Positions 28,906 through 39,290 of a stretch of 64,000 nucleotides of DNA are shown in pieces (positions within the stretch are counted from its first letter, which is position 1; each line of letters opens with the position of its first letter). Where the stretch lies: assembly GCA_963513545.1 (NCBI GenBank), contig CAUPQW010000001.1:298194-362193 (forward strand), read 5' to 3'. Origin of the DNA: an uncultured Flavobacterium sp. Its GTDB lineage: Bacteria > Bacteroidota > Bacteroidia > Flavobacteriales > Flavobacteriaceae. The notes under the pieces are model-generated. The model worked only from the letters and a program-made list of their open reading frames with translations, had not been told where the DNA came from and did not search any database. A program made the translations under genes and the position numbers.

Positions 28906-30189
28906 ATGAAAGCGAAAATACTTTTTTTAGCGTTAGTAACTATAGGTTTAAGTTCTTCTGCTGTACAAAGCCAAACAAATGTTTATGCAAAAAACTCAGA
29001 TATCAGTGATAATTTAGATTTAAGAGCTGTTGCTTCTATTTTTGGAGACTCAGACAATCTTCAGGATTTCGAAAGAAGATTAAATGATCCAAAATACCAA
29101 ATTTCAAATCTTGACTTGAATGATGATGATGAGGTTGATTATTTACGTGTTATTGAATCTGTTGAAGACAGAACTCACGTTGTTATCATTCAAGCTGTTC
29201 TTGATCGTGATGTTTATCAGGATATTGCAACGATAGATGTTGAGCGAGATAACTATAACAAAGTAAGTGTTCAGATTGTAGGGAATAATTATTTATATGG
29301 AGACAACTATATTTATGAGCCTGTTTATAATGTAGCTCCGGTTATATACTCATCATTCTGGGTTACGAACTACAGACCTTATTATTCTGCGTGGACCTGG
29401 AATTTTTTTCCAACATATTACGTAGCATGGAGACCTTACCCAATTTACAGATATAGAAACAATATCAATATTTGTATCAATGTGAATAATCGTTATAATT
29501 ATGTGAATCACAGAAGAAGTTACAGAGCTCCTGTAATATATGAAACCAGACGTTGCTATGGTTACGAAAGACGCCATCCTAATTATAGTTTTTCGCAAAG
29601 ACATGCAAATGTGGGTAACAGATATGAGTTAGATCGTAGACGTGTTGGAAGCAGAGAATTAAACAGAAATCAAAGCATTTACAGTAACAACAGATCAAAC
29701 TCAGCCAGAGTATCTAATACTGAATATAGAACTCCAAACAGAAATTATGCTGAAAATAGAAATGCATCATCTGATAGAAGTTATAATTCAAACCGAGGTG
29801 TTTCAGACAGAAATAACGCATCTAAAGGAAATAGTCCGGTTAGGGTTGAAAATAATTCCAGAACAGAATCAAGAGGGTATTCTAATGAAAACAGAACTAA
29901 CACTTCGAGAGGGAATTCTGAGAACAGGATGAATGAAAACAGATCAGTTTCATCAACTCCAAGAACAGAATCTTCCAGAGGGAATTATGAGAACAGAATG
30001 AATACTAACAGAACCGCTTCGTCGTCTCCAAGAGCTGAATCGCAAAGAACGGCTTCTGATAACAGATCTGCAAGACCGCAAGCATCACAACGTTCAGAGG
30101 CTTCACGAGGAAATCAGGAAGCTAGAGGAGGGGGGCAGTCACAAAGACAAAATAATTCAGAATCAAGAGGTGGAGGAAGAAGAGGTTAA
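28906..30189 (+). CDS. secreted protein with an Arg/Asn/Ser-rich low-complexity C-terminal half
   Basis: Signal peptide MKAKILFLALVTIGLSSSAVQSQ. The C-terminal ~190 aa are degenerate repeats (SRGNSENRMNENRSVSSTPRTES / SRGNYENRMNTNRTASSSPRAES). Confidence 0.6.
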   Translation: MKAKILFLALVTIGLSSSAVQSQTNVYAKNSDISDNLDLRAVASIFGDSDNLQDFERRLNDPKYQISNLDLNDDDEVDYLRVIESVEDRTHVVIIQAVLDRDVYQDIATIDVERDNYNKVSVQIVGNNYLYGDNYIYEPVYNVAPVIYSSFWVTNYRPYYSAWTWNFFPTYYVAWRPYPIYRYRNNINICINVNNRYNYVNHRRSYRAPVIYETRRCYGYERRHPNYSFSQRHANVGNRYELDRRRVGSRELNRNQSIYSNNRSNSARVSNTEYRTPNRNYAENRNASSDRSYNSNRGVSDRNNASKGNSPVRVENNSRTESRGYSNENRTNTSRGNSENRMNENRSVSSTPRTESSRGNYENRMNTNRTASSSPRAESQRTASDNRSARPQASQRSEASRGNQEARGGGQSQRQNNSESRGGGRRG

Positions 30190-30288
30190 TCTCAAAAGAG
30201 GTTTTTGAACAAAAAAAGACACAATCGTTAGATTGTGTTTTTTTTTGTTCTTTTTTCTTATAATTAGCGTTAGTTTGTTTTAAAACAG

Positions 30289-30296
30289 TAAATTTG
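30289..30296 (+). promoter_or_regulatory. -7 promoter box for kup
   Basis: TAAATTTG lies 24 nt upstream of the kup ATG. Confidence 0.4.
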
Positions 30297-30319
30297 CAAC
30301 CGTCTTTTATAAAACATAC

Positions 30320-32284
30320 ATGAGCGCATCGCATAAAAACTTACACAGTAAGTTGTCTATTGGGGGTTTATTGATCACATTAGGAATTATTTATGGAGAT
30401 ATTGGTACTTCTCCGTTATATGTAATGAAAGCCATACTTGGTGAACATACAATTGATGCTGATATTGTTTTAGGAGGTATTTCCTGTGTCTTCTGGACAT
30501 TAACTCTTCAAACTACAATTAAGTATGTCCTTATAACCTTAAGTGCAGACAATCACGGTGAAGGAGGAATTTTTGCTTTGTATGCCCTGGTTAAGAAAAC
30601 AAAAATTCAATGGCTTATAGTGCCTGCAATTATTGGAGGTAGCGCCTTGCTTGCCGATGGTATTATAACACCGCCTATTTCGGTTTCCTCAGCAGTAGAA
30701 GGAATAAAAACTTACTATCCTGAAATAAATACGATTCCGATTGTTATTGGAATTCTTTTTGTTTTGTTTACCATTCAACAGTTTGGTACTAAGCTGGTTG
30801 GTAAATTTTTTGCGCCAATGATGCTAATTTGGTTTGCTATGTTAGGGACTTTAGGAGTAATTCAGATTTTGGATCATCCGGAGGTCATCAAAGCTATTAA
30901 TCCTTATTATGCTTACCATTTATTATCTATACATCCTGATGGTTTTTTTGTATTGGGATTTGTATTTTTATGTACCACAGGAGCAGAAGCATTGTACTCT
31001 GATATGGGGCATTGCGGAAGAAAAAATATTAGAATTAGCTGGGTTTTTGTAAAACTAACTTTAGTGTTAAACTATTTTGGTCAGGCTGCTTATTTAATTC
31101 ATCATGAGGGACAAACATTGCAGGTATTGGGAGGCGAAAATGGTAATCCGTTTTACTTAATCATGCCGGATTGGTTTCAGCCTGCCGGCATCGTAATAGC
31201 AACTTTGGCTGCGGTTATTGCATCTCAGGCACTTATCAGTGGTTCATTTACTTTGATAAATGAAGCCATGAGATTGAATTTCTGGCCCAAAGTACGAATC
31301 AAATATCCTACCGAAGTAAAAGGACAATTATATATTCCGTCAATTAACTGGCTATTGTTTTTTGGGTGTGTGGGAATCGTTTTACACTTCGAAAAATCCA
31401 GTAATATGGAGCATGCTTATGGTTTGGCAATTGTACTCTGCATGATTATGACTACGATTTTACTGAATTATTATTTGATTATGAAAAGAGTAAAACTATA
31501 TTTTATGGTTCCTCTGATCACAATTTACCTAATAATTGAAGGGTGTTTTTTACTGGCTAATATTACCAAATTTGCCGAAGGCGGTTATGTAACGTTGATT
31601 ATTGCAATTTTACTGATTTCGGTAATGACAGTATGGTATATGGCTAAAAAAATTAATAAAAGCTATACTAAAATTATCAAAATTGACGACTATAAGAAAG
31701 TATTGATGGAGTTGAGTGAAGATTTATCCATTCCAAAATATGCTACCCATTTGGTTTACATGACGAATGCTAATCGTGTTGATGAATTAGAGCAAAAAGT
31801 GATGTATTCTATTCTTCAAAAGCGCCCAAAAAGAGCTGATATTTATTGGTTTGTCCATGTGAATATTTTAACTGAACCGTATAAAACACAATATAAGGTA
31901 ACAGAAATTGCCAAAGATGATATTTACAGAATTGATTTCAATTTAGGCTTCAGAGAACCAACCAAAATTAATTTAATGTTTAGGGAAGTTATTCGTGATA
32001 TGGTGAAAAATGGAGAAGTCGATATTACCAGCCGTTACGAATCGTTGAATAAAAATAATATTGTTGGAGATTTCAAATTTGTATTGTCTGAGAAATTCTT
32101 GTCTAATGACTCCGATTTATTATGGCATGAGAAAATAATCATGAACTCCTATTTCTTAATTAAAAAATTGAGTTTGTCTGAAGAAAGTGCTTTTGGTTTA
32201 GACAGCAGTTCAGTAAAAATTGAGAAATTTCCAATGGTGCTTCATGCCCCGGAGAATATTGGTTTAACGAGAATTATAAAATAA
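30320..32284 (+). CDS. kup: KUP/HAK/KT family potassium transporter
   Basis: 654 aa. GDIGTSPLYV near the N-terminus, about 12 hydrophobic segments, cytoplasmic C-terminal domain. Confidence 0.9.
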   Translation: MSASHKNLHSKLSIGGLLITLGIIYGDIGTSPLYVMKAILGEHTIDADIVLGGISCVFWTLTLQTTIKYVLITLSADNHGEGGIFALYALVKKTKIQWLIVPAIIGGSALLADGIITPPISVSSAVEGIKTYYPEINTIPIVIGILFVLFTIQQFGTKLVGKFFAPMMLIWFAMLGTLGVIQILDHPEVIKAINPYYAYHLLSIHPDGFFVLGFVFLCTTGAEALYSDMGHCGRKNIRISWVFVKLTLVLNYFGQAAYLIHHEGQTLQVLGGENGNPFYLIMPDWFQPAGIVIATLAAVIASQALISGSFTLINEAMRLNFWPKVRIKYPTEVKGQLYIPSINWLLFFGCVGIVLHFEKSSNMEHAYGLAIVLCMIMTTILLNYYLIMKRVKLYFMVPLITIYLIIEGCFLLANITKFAEGGYVTLIIAILLISVMTVWYMAKKINKSYTKIIKIDDYKKVLMELSEDLSIPKYATHLVYMTNANRVDELEQKVMYSILQKRPKRADIYWFVHVNILTEPYKTQYKVTEIAKDDIYRIDFNLGFREPTKINLMFREVIRDMVKNGEVDITSRYESLNKNNIVGDFKFVLSEKFLSNDSDLLWHEKIIMNSYFLIKKLSLSEESAFGLDSSSVKIEKFPMVLHAPENIGLTRIIK

Positions 32285-32304
32285 ATCATTTTTAAAATAC
32301 ATTC

Positions 32305-32340
32305 AAAAACACTCTTTTATGCTTTATCAGAGTGTTTTTT
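32305..32340 (+). terminator. intrinsic terminator after kup
   Basis: Arms aaaaacactct and agagtgttttt, with a T-run. Confidence 0.7.
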
Positions 32341-32402
32341 CCTTTTAATGAAAGTTAAAACAACGATCAAAATTAAAAATTTAACTTTCAATCAATTAAT
32401 AG

Positions 32403-32410
32403 TACCTTTG
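32403..32410 (+). promoter_or_regulatory. -7 promoter box for the rsmB-like gene
   Basis: TACCTTTG lies 18 nt upstream of the ATG at 32428. Confidence 0.4.
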
Positions 32411-32427
32411 CAACTCAAACAATTAAA

Positions 32428-33642
32428 ATGAGATTACACAGAAATTTAGTTTATACTACCATCGATTCTTTAAATGCTATTTTTAATGAAGGAGAATACG
32501 CGGATAAAGTGGTAGCAAGAGCCTTAAAAAAAGACAAGCGTTGGGGAAGTTCTGACAGGAAGTTTGTTGCTGAAACGATATACGAAATAGTTCGTTGGAA
32601 AAGATTATATGCTGAAATTGCCGAAGTTAAAGAACCCTTTGATAGAGATAATTTATGGAGAATGTTTGCTGTTTGGGCAGTTTTAAGAGGTTATCCAATT
32701 CCGGACTGGAGACAGTTGGAAGGAACACCTGAAAGAAAAATAAAAGGTCGTTTTGACGAACTTTCAAAAGTTAGGGCTTTAAAAGAATCTATTCCGGACT
32801 GGATGGATGAATTGGGAGCGAAAGAGCTAGGCGAAAAAGTTTGGGCAAAAGAAATTGCAGCCCAAAACCAGCCTGCAAAAGTTATCTTAAGAACCAACAC
32901 ACTTAAAGGAACTAAAGAAAACTTAAGAAATACATTGATGGATTTAAATATCGAAACAGAATATTTAAAAGATCAGCCTGAAGCTTTAGTTTTGAAAGAA
33001 AGAGCCAATGTATTTTTGACAGATGCTTTTAAACAGGGACTTTTTGAAGTTCAGGATGCAAACTCACAATTGGTTGCAGGTTTTCTTGATGTAAAACCAG
33101 GTATGCGTGTTGTTGATACTTGTGCCGGAGCAGGTGGAAAAACATTACACATTGCTTCTTTAATGGAAAATAAAGGACAATTAATTGCAATGGATTTATA
33201 CGAAAGTAAACTGAAGCAATTAAAATTAAGGGCTAAACGAAATGGTGCTTTTAATATCGAATATCGTATAATTGACACTACAAAAGTGATTAAAAAACTC
33301 CATGAAAAAGCAGATCGAGTGTTAATTGATGCGCCTTGTAGTGGTTTAGGAGTTTTAAAAAGAAATCCTGATGCGAAATGGAAATTACAGCCTGAATTTA
33401 TTGATAATATTCGTAAAGTACAATCTGAAGTTTTAGAAAGTTATTCTAAAATTGTAAAGCCAGGCGGAAAATTAGTATATGCTACATGTTCAGTCTTACC
33501 GTCAGAAAATCAGGAACAAGTTGAGAAATTCCTGAAAACTGAAATCGGAAAACAATTTACATTTATAAAAGATCGTAAAATTCTGGCTTCTGAATCTGGC
33601 TTCGATGGATTTTATATGGCATTATTAGAGCGTAAAGAATAA
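32428..33642 (+). CDS. RsmB/NOL1/NOP2/Sun family RNA m5C methyltransferase
   Basis: SAM site VVDTCAGAGGKT. Catalytic motifs DAPCSGLGVLKRNPD and YATCS. Confidence 0.85.
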   Translation: MRLHRNLVYTTIDSLNAIFNEGEYADKVVARALKKDKRWGSSDRKFVAETIYEIVRWKRLYAEIAEVKEPFDRDNLWRMFAVWAVLRGYPIPDWRQLEGTPERKIKGRFDELSKVRALKESIPDWMDELGAKELGEKVWAKEIAAQNQPAKVILRTNTLKGTKENLRNTLMDLNIETEYLKDQPEALVLKERANVFLTDAFKQGLFEVQDANSQLVAGFLDVKPGMRVVDTCAGAGGKTLHIASLMENKGQLIAMDLYESKLKQLKLRAKRNGAFNIEYRIIDTTKVIKKLHEKADRVLIDAPCSGLGVLKRNPDAKWKLQPEFIDNIRKVQSEVLESYSKIVKPGGKLVYATCSVLPSENQEQVEKFLKTEIGKQFTFIKDRKILASESGFDGFYMALLERKE

Positions 33643-33661
33643 ATTTATTGAAATAGATACT

Positions 33662-33703
33662 AAAATCCCAAATTCCAATTCATGTTTTGGAATTTGGGAT
33701 TTT
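33662..33703. terminator. bidirectional hairpin between convergent genes
   Basis: Perfect 17-bp arms aaaatcccaaattccaa / ttggaatttgggatttt with an 8-nt loop. Confidence 0.7.
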
Positions 33704-33719
33704 ATTTATTGTGATTTTA

Positions 33720-34760
33720 TTAAAGTAAGCTTGGTTTGCGTAATAGTTTTCCATTTTCATTTTCTTTAAATTTAGGGACAAAAACTATTTCTTTTGGTTT
33801 TTCATATTTATCCAGAACATCAAAAAAGCCAGTTGGAAAATCTTGTTTTTCTCCTTCAATAACCAAAATTAGTTTTTCTCCCAAAATTGAATCCGGAATT
33901 CCGGTAACGAAAAATCTTGAATTAATTTTTTTAATGAGTTTTGCTTCAATTTGTTCTGGAATTAATTTTACGCCACCGCTATTAATTACATTATCAATTC
34001 TTCCTAAAAATAGAAACTGATTTTCTTTTACAAATTCAATCAGGTCATTGGTAATGATAGGTTCGTTGGAAATAGCTGGAACTGTAATTGCTAAACATCC
34101 TCTACTGTCCTGGGCAATCTTTACATTAGGCAGAATAGTAAACGCTTTTTCTCCCACTTTTTTAGCCGCAATATGAGTAATAGTTTCCGTCATTCCGTAA
34201 GTTTCGTAAATGTCAGTTTTTAAGGGTAAAACTTTTTCTTCGAGTGCGGTATTCATTTTTGCTCCGCCAACTATTAACTTTTTCACATTTTTTAATGCTT
34301 CAATCGAATTTTGAACCTGTAAAGGTACCATCGCGACAAAATCATACAATTTATCATTTAAGGCTAATGGTGTTGTACTGGGTTCTGTAACGTCTAACTC
34401 CAAACCCAGAATAAAGCTTCGTACGAGCATCATTTTTCCTGCAATAAATTTTACCGGCAGGCAAAGCAGAGCCTTGTTTCCAGGTTTTAAATTGAAAAAA
34501 TCTCCTGTTGCCAATGCCGATTGTATCATCGCTTGTTTTTGTAATCGGACTAATTTAGGCAGACCCGTAGTTCCTGATGTTCTCATTTCGATATATTCTT
34601 TATCGTCGAACCAGTCTAATAAAAATTCTCCAATTGCCTGTTCATTAGTGTCACCTTCCTTAATGTAGCTATAAGCAACAGAACGCAAATCGTCTCCATT
34701 TAAATGATAACCATTTATTTTAAAATAATTGTGAACGTTTTTATGAGTCAGGTTTAGCAT
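33720..34760 (-). CDS. menE: O-succinylbenzoate-CoA ligase-type AMP-binding enzyme (short Bacteroidota form)
   Basis: 346 aa with TSGTTGLPK, YGMTETITH, GGVKLIPEQIE. Confidence 0.7.
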   Translation of the reverse strand: MLNLTHKNVHNYFKINGYHLNGDDLRSVAYSYIKEGDTNEQAIGEFLLDWFDDKEYIEMRTSGTTGLPKLVRLQKQAMIQSALATGDFFNLKPGNKALLCLPVKFIAGKMMLVRSFILGLELDVTEPSTTPLALNDKLYDFVAMVPLQVQNSIEALKNVKKLIVGGAKMNTALEEKVLPLKTDIYETYGMTETITHIAAKKVGEKAFTILPNVKIAQDSRGCLAITVPAISNEPIITNDLIEFVKENQFLFLGRIDNVINSGGVKLIPEQIEAKLIKKINSRFFVTGIPDSILGEKLILVIEGEKQDFPTGFFDVLDKYEKPKEIVFVPKFKENENGKLLRKPSLL

Positions 34761-34766
34761 GGTGTA

Positions 34767-35720
34767 TTAATTTAAATTTAAAAATTCGGTAACTTCATCG
34801 TCTGTTTCTTTGATGTTTCCGGTTAATTTTTCTTTCCAGTTTGTCCAGTTGTATTTTTTGCTGAAAATAAAAAGTAAAATAGGGTAGATTATGATCACAG
34901 GCAATATAACATCAAAGCCGGCAGAAGGTTCAGATTTATCAATAAAAAGGGAATAGGTCTGAAAAACGGTCCAGTCTGAGGTTACCAGCAAAGCGCCTAT
35001 CAGGTTGTTGGCAGCATGGAAACCAAGTGCCAGTTCCATGCCTTCATCCATTAAAGTAATAATTCCTAAAAAGAATCCGGTACCTATGTAATAAATCATG
35101 ATAATATTGCCCATTTTAGTTACTTCCGGGTTAAACCAGTGCATAGAACCAAATATAAATGAAGTCATTAATAACGGAAACCATCTGTTTTTGGCTAAGT
35201 TGGCAAAACCCTGCATAAGATAGCCCCTAAAAACATATTCTTCAGTACTGGTTTGTATCGGGATCATTAGGGTTCCGATAACGACTAATATTAAAAATGG
35301 AATTGGTTTGAAATTAAAAATAAAGCTTTCGGGTGATTGTAAATAAATAAACACAAAACTCAATAATGAAAAACCCGCCCATAAAAGAAAGGAAAACAAA
35401 ATACGTTTTGTGTCTGCTTTTTTTCGCGAAGTTGTAACGGATAAGATACTTTGATGATGCATGTATTTGACAACATAATAAACCCCTGCTAAGGCAAAAG
35501 CGAACGAAATCATAACTAAAAATAAAGTCAGGTTTGAATCAAACATTTTCATCAGCATTTTATCGTTTTCTGGATAGGGTTTTTTGTTGATTAGAGTTTC
35601 ATATTTTATCGCCAGCCATAAAGGAAAGTTACCAAAAAAAGATGCTGAGATTATGACTACAGAGCCTAAAAGATATTTCCAAAATTTATTTTCTGGTTTA
35701 ATTCCTTGTTCTAAAAACAT
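34767..35720 (-). CDS. CPBP (CAAX) family intramembrane metalloprotease
   Basis: Motifs EEYVFRGYL, FGSMHW, HAANN in a polytopic membrane protein. Confidence 0.8.
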   Translation of the reverse strand: MFLEQGIKPENKFWKYLLGSVVIISASFFGNFPLWLAIKYETLINKKPYPENDKMLMKMFDSNLTLFLVMISFAFALAGVYYVVKYMHHQSILSVTTSRKKADTKRILFSFLLWAGFSLLSFVFIYLQSPESFIFNFKPIPFLILVVIGTLMIPIQTSTEEYVFRGYLMQGFANLAKNRWFPLLMTSFIFGSMHWFNPEVTKMGNIIMIYYIGTGFFLGIITLMDEGMELALGFHAANNLIGALLVTSDWTVFQTYSLFIDKSEPSAGFDVILPVIIIYPILLFIFSKKYNWTNWKEKLTGNIKETDDEVTEFLNLN

Positions 35721-35830
35721 ATTATTTAAAATTAAAAAGGAGTTCTAATTAATAAGTAAATCTTATTTTTGGGGATTGCTAAAATACCCTTTTTTAGCCC
35801 AATTATTTTACAACAACTTAAAAAAATAAC

Positions 35831-36181
35831 ATGATACAAGTTTACCATAATCCACGATGTGGAAAATCAAGAAGTTGTCTGGCTTTTCTGGATGATGCGA
35901 ATCAGGACTATGAAATTATTCAATATCTTACTGAAACACCAACTTTTGAAGAACTGAAAAGTTTAATAGAAAAATTAAATCTGAAACCAATTGAATTAGT
36001 TAGAGTTAAAGAAAAAGTATGGATTGAAGAGTACAAAGGGAAAACCCTGACAGATTCACAAGTGATTCAGGCCATGGCTGATAACCCTATTTTGATTGAA
36101 CGACCAATAGTGATAAAAGACGGGAAAGCCATAATTGGTCGTGATCTTGATAAATTATCTTCTTTTTTAGAAGGAATATAG
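35831..36181 (+). CDS. ArsC/Spx family protein (YffB-like)
   Basis: 116 aa with YHNPRCGKSR and ILIERPIV. Confidence 0.8.
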   Translation: MIQVYHNPRCGKSRSCLAFLDDANQDYEIIQYLTETPTFEELKSLIEKLNLKPIELVRVKEKVWIEEYKGKTLTDSQVIQAMADNPILIERPIVIKDGKAIIGRDLDKLSSFLEGI

Positions 36182-36229
36182 AATGGTGTATTAACATTTT
36201 TTTGTGATTTCTTCTTTTAAACCAAAAGC

Positions 36230-36237
36230 TATATTTG
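36230..36237 (+). promoter_or_regulatory. -7 promoter box for the outer-membrane barrel gene
   Basis: TATATTTG lies 33 nt upstream of the ATG at 36270. Confidence 0.4.
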
Positions 36238-36269
36238 CGGTCTAAAAGAAAAAGAAATACCAGAAAATA

Positions 36270-38750
36270 ATGAAAAAAATCAGATTTGCAATATTGATCC
36301 TGTTACTGTTTTCGGGATTATATAATTATGCACAACAACCGCCTTCAGGCCAGAACAAAGTAAAAGTTAGTGGTAAAGTTTTAGAAAAAGTTACTAAACA
36401 GCCATTAGAGTATGCTACAATTTCTATTATGGCTGCAAATAATACTAAAGTAATTGCAGGCGGAATTACAAATCCAAAAGGTGAATTTGAAGTAGCTGTT
36501 GCACCTGGAACTTACGATATAAAAATTGAATTTATCTCCTTTAAGTCAACTGATATCAAAGGAAGAAATATTTCTGACGATACAAATTTAGGAGTTGTAA
36601 ATCTGTCTGAAGACGCAGCACAACTGAATGAAGTTGTGGTTCGTGCTGAAAAATCTACTGTAGAAATCAAATTAGATAAAAAAGTTTACAACGTTGGTCA
36701 GGATATGATTGTAAAAGGAGGAACTGTAAGTGATGTATTAGAAAATGTCCCTTCTGTTTCTGTAGATGTTGAAGGAAATGTAAGTTTGAGAGGAAACGAA
36801 AATGTTAGAATCTTCATAGACGGTCGTCCTTCAAACGCATTAAATATGGCTGAAGCTTTACGACAGATTCCGGCAGATGCGATTGATAAAGTAGAAGTAA
36901 TTACAAATCCATCAGCCCGTTATGACGCAGAAGGAGGTGCTGGGATTCTGAATATTGTTCTGAAAAAAGGAAAAAACCTGGGTTTCAACGGAAGTTTTAT
37001 TGTTTCGGGTGGAGTTCCTGAAACGTATGGAGCAAGTGCGAATTTGAATTTCAAAACAGAGAAAGTAAACTTTTTTACTTCTACCGGATATGATTACAGA
37101 ACCAGTGAAGGAGCTGGTATTACTAACTCGGTCAATCTAAATAAAGATACTAAAGAAATTATTGGATACACTGACGAAGATAAGGATACCGAACGTCTGA
37201 GAAAAGGAATCTCGACAAAAACGGGACTCGAGTGGACAATAGCTCCCAATACGTATTGGACAAATGCTATCAGCTATAGAAATAATAGCGGCTCTAATAA
37301 TGATTTGGTAAATTATAATTCTTTTGATCCAAATCGTGTTTTTACTTCGAGCCGTTACCGATTAAGTGAAGGAAATGATACAGGAAGAGATTTCGAATAT
37401 TCATCCAATTTTCTAAAAAACTTTAACGATAAAGGGCATAAATTAACGTTAGATTTTTCATATTCAACCGATAAAGATTCGGATAATGCCTATATCACTG
37501 ATCAAACAATTGGAAGCAGTGTGCCTGCAACTATTGACGAAACTTTTAATGATCAAAAACAGGAACAGTTACAGCTTCAGGCCGATTATGTTTTGCCATT
37601 AAAAAATGGAGGTCAGTTTGAAGCGGGTTATAAAGGGAACTTTAATTACATGGATAATGTATATAGTGTTTCTACAGATGATCAGGGAAATCCTATCGAT
37701 GGCTACCTTTCTAATACTTTGGAGTACAATGAGCGTATCAATTCTTTTTATACACAATATGGTTTTAAGGTTAAAAGGTTTTCTTATCTTTTTGGTTTAC
37801 GCTGGGAGGATACAGTTATCGATGTGAATTTATTGGATACTCAGGATTTCAACACAAAAAAATACAATAATTTCTTTCCAAGTGCATTTGCCAATTATGA
37901 AATATCAGATAAAAGCAGTGTTTCTTTGAGTTACAGTAAACGTTTATCTAGACCCAGAGGACGTTTCTTAAATCCGGCGACAAATTATTCAAGCAATATC
38001 AATTTATTTAGAGGTAATCCTGACTTAGACCCATCATTTACAGATAAATTTGATTTGGGTTATTTAAAACGTTGGGAAAAAGTAACTTTTAGTACTTCCG
38101 TGTTTTATGAAAATACTAAGGATGTATTCTCATTTGTTAGAACTGAAACAGGAAAATTTGTAGGTAATAATCCAGTTGTTTTAAGCAGCCCGATTAATTT
38201 AGCAAAAGAACAACAGTTTGGTTTCGAATTTACATTGAATTACACACCATTTAAAATCTGGAAAATAAACAGTAGTTTTAATCTTTCAGATGTCAAAACT
38301 ACAGGAAATTACACCTACAGGAATACTCAGGGTGAAGAGATTACAACGAATTTAAATAATGAAACTTTCTCATGGTTTGGTAGAGTGAACTCACGTTTGT
38401 CATTACCTTATAAAATTGACTGGCAATTATCGGGAATGTATTTTGGACCAAGAAATACAGCACAGGGAAAAAGTTTGGGGAATTATGTAGTAAATAGTGC
38501 CTTCAGTAAGGATATTTTGAAAGATAAAGGTACCATCGCATTAAACGTAAGTGATCTTTTCAATTCAAGAAAAATGAAAAATGAAACGAATCTTTCAAGT
38601 GTCAATTCATACAGTGAATTTCAATGGAGAAAAAGACAAATTAATTTATCATTTACTTACAGGCTGAATATGAAGAAAACTGACAGGGATAAAAACGCAC
38701 CAAAAAATAACGGAAATGGTGGTGATGAAGGTGGTGAATTTCAGGGGTAA
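36270..38750 (+). CDS. TonB-dependent-receptor-like outer membrane beta-barrel protein with CarboxypepD_reg N-domain
   Basis: Signal peptide. VSGKVLEKVTKQPLEYATISI (carboxypeptidase-regulatory-like). Plug-like segment SLRGNENVRIFIDGRPS. A long alternating beta-strand region. Gly/Asp-rich tail. Confidence 0.8.
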   Translation: MKKIRFAILILLLFSGLYNYAQQPPSGQNKVKVSGKVLEKVTKQPLEYATISIMAANNTKVIAGGITNPKGEFEVAVAPGTYDIKIEFISFKSTDIKGRNISDDTNLGVVNLSEDAAQLNEVVVRAEKSTVEIKLDKKVYNVGQDMIVKGGTVSDVLENVPSVSVDVEGNVSLRGNENVRIFIDGRPSNALNMAEALRQIPADAIDKVEVITNPSARYDAEGGAGILNIVLKKGKNLGFNGSFIVSGGVPETYGASANLNFKTEKVNFFTSTGYDYRTSEGAGITNSVNLNKDTKEIIGYTDEDKDTERLRKGISTKTGLEWTIAPNTYWTNAISYRNNSGSNNDLVNYNSFDPNRVFTSSRYRLSEGNDTGRDFEYSSNFLKNFNDKGHKLTLDFSYSTDKDSDNAYITDQTIGSSVPATIDETFNDQKQEQLQLQADYVLPLKNGGQFEAGYKGNFNYMDNVYSVSTDDQGNPIDGYLSNTLEYNERINSFYTQYGFKVKRFSYLFGLRWEDTVIDVNLLDTQDFNTKKYNNFFPSAFANYEISDKSSVSLSYSKRLSRPRGRFLNPATNYSSNINLFRGNPDLDPSFTDKFDLGYLKRWEKVTFSTSVFYENTKDVFSFVRTETGKFVGNNPVVLSSPINLAKEQQFGFEFTLNYTPFKIWKINSSFNLSDVKTTGNYTYRNTQGEEITTNLNNETFSWFGRVNSRLSLPYKIDWQLSGMYFGPRNTAQGKSLGNYVVNSAFSKDILKDKGTIALNVSDLFNSRKMKNETNLSSVNSYSEFQWRKRQINLSFTYRLNMKKTDRDKNAPKNNGNGGDEGGEFQG

Positions 38751-38774
38751 TTTAGTTTAAATCCCAAAAATTTA

Positions 38775-38819
38775 AATTCCAAATTCCAATTTCACAGTTG
38801 GAATTTGGAATTTTTTTTT
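38775..38819 (+). terminator. intrinsic terminator after the barrel gene
   Basis: Perfect 15-bp arms aattccaaattccaa / ttggaatttggaatt followed by a T-run. The arm sequence is related to the hairpin at 33662-33703. Confidence 0.75.
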
Positions 38820-38889
38820 ATTGGAATTTATATTCATTTTCAGCATAAAAAAAGGACTCGTTTTCACGGGTCCTTTTTTATGAAATCAA

Positions 38890-39069
38890 TTAAAGCTTAA
38901 CTGATTGTTCTTCTTGTCTTTTTTTGGCTCTTTTTTCTTTGAACATTTCCCAGCTAGCTCCCGTAACCCAATAAGATACGAAACCAACCAAGAAAAACAT
39001 TAACCAAAACCCTATAGTTAGTATGGTTAAGAAAAGCAAAAAGCCTAAGTACTGTGAAAATTCAAACAT
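38890..39069 (-). CDS. small membrane protein (start at internal Met)
   Basis: MFEFSQYLGFLLFLTILTIGFWLMFFLVGFVSYWV... has two hydrophobic segments. A hairpin at about 38847-38879 lies downstream on its strand. Confidence 0.4.
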   Translation of the reverse strand: MFEFSQYLGFLLFLTILTIGFWLMFFLVGFVSYWVTGASWEMFKEKRAKKRQEEQSVKL

Positions 39070-39263
39070 GTTTTCCGGAATTTTTGAATGTAAGCACAAA
39101 TGTAGGTTTTATATTTTTCCTTGCCAATAAAAACCAAATCAATTTTTCTAAAAGGTCAATTATCCTTATATTTATACTCATTTTAAATAAGGATTTTTTT
39201 TCAAGTATCTAAAATAGAATAATATGATTGTTTTCAGGAGCTGTTTCCTGCTGTCCACTATAT

Positions 39264-39290
39264 CTTTTATGGGGAACACCCCCATAAAAG
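39264..39290. repeat. perfect 11-bp-stem hairpin (cttttatgggg / ccccataaaag) in the fumC upstream region
   Basis: Inverted repeat read directly. No U-run on either side. Function unknown. Confidence 0.5.
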
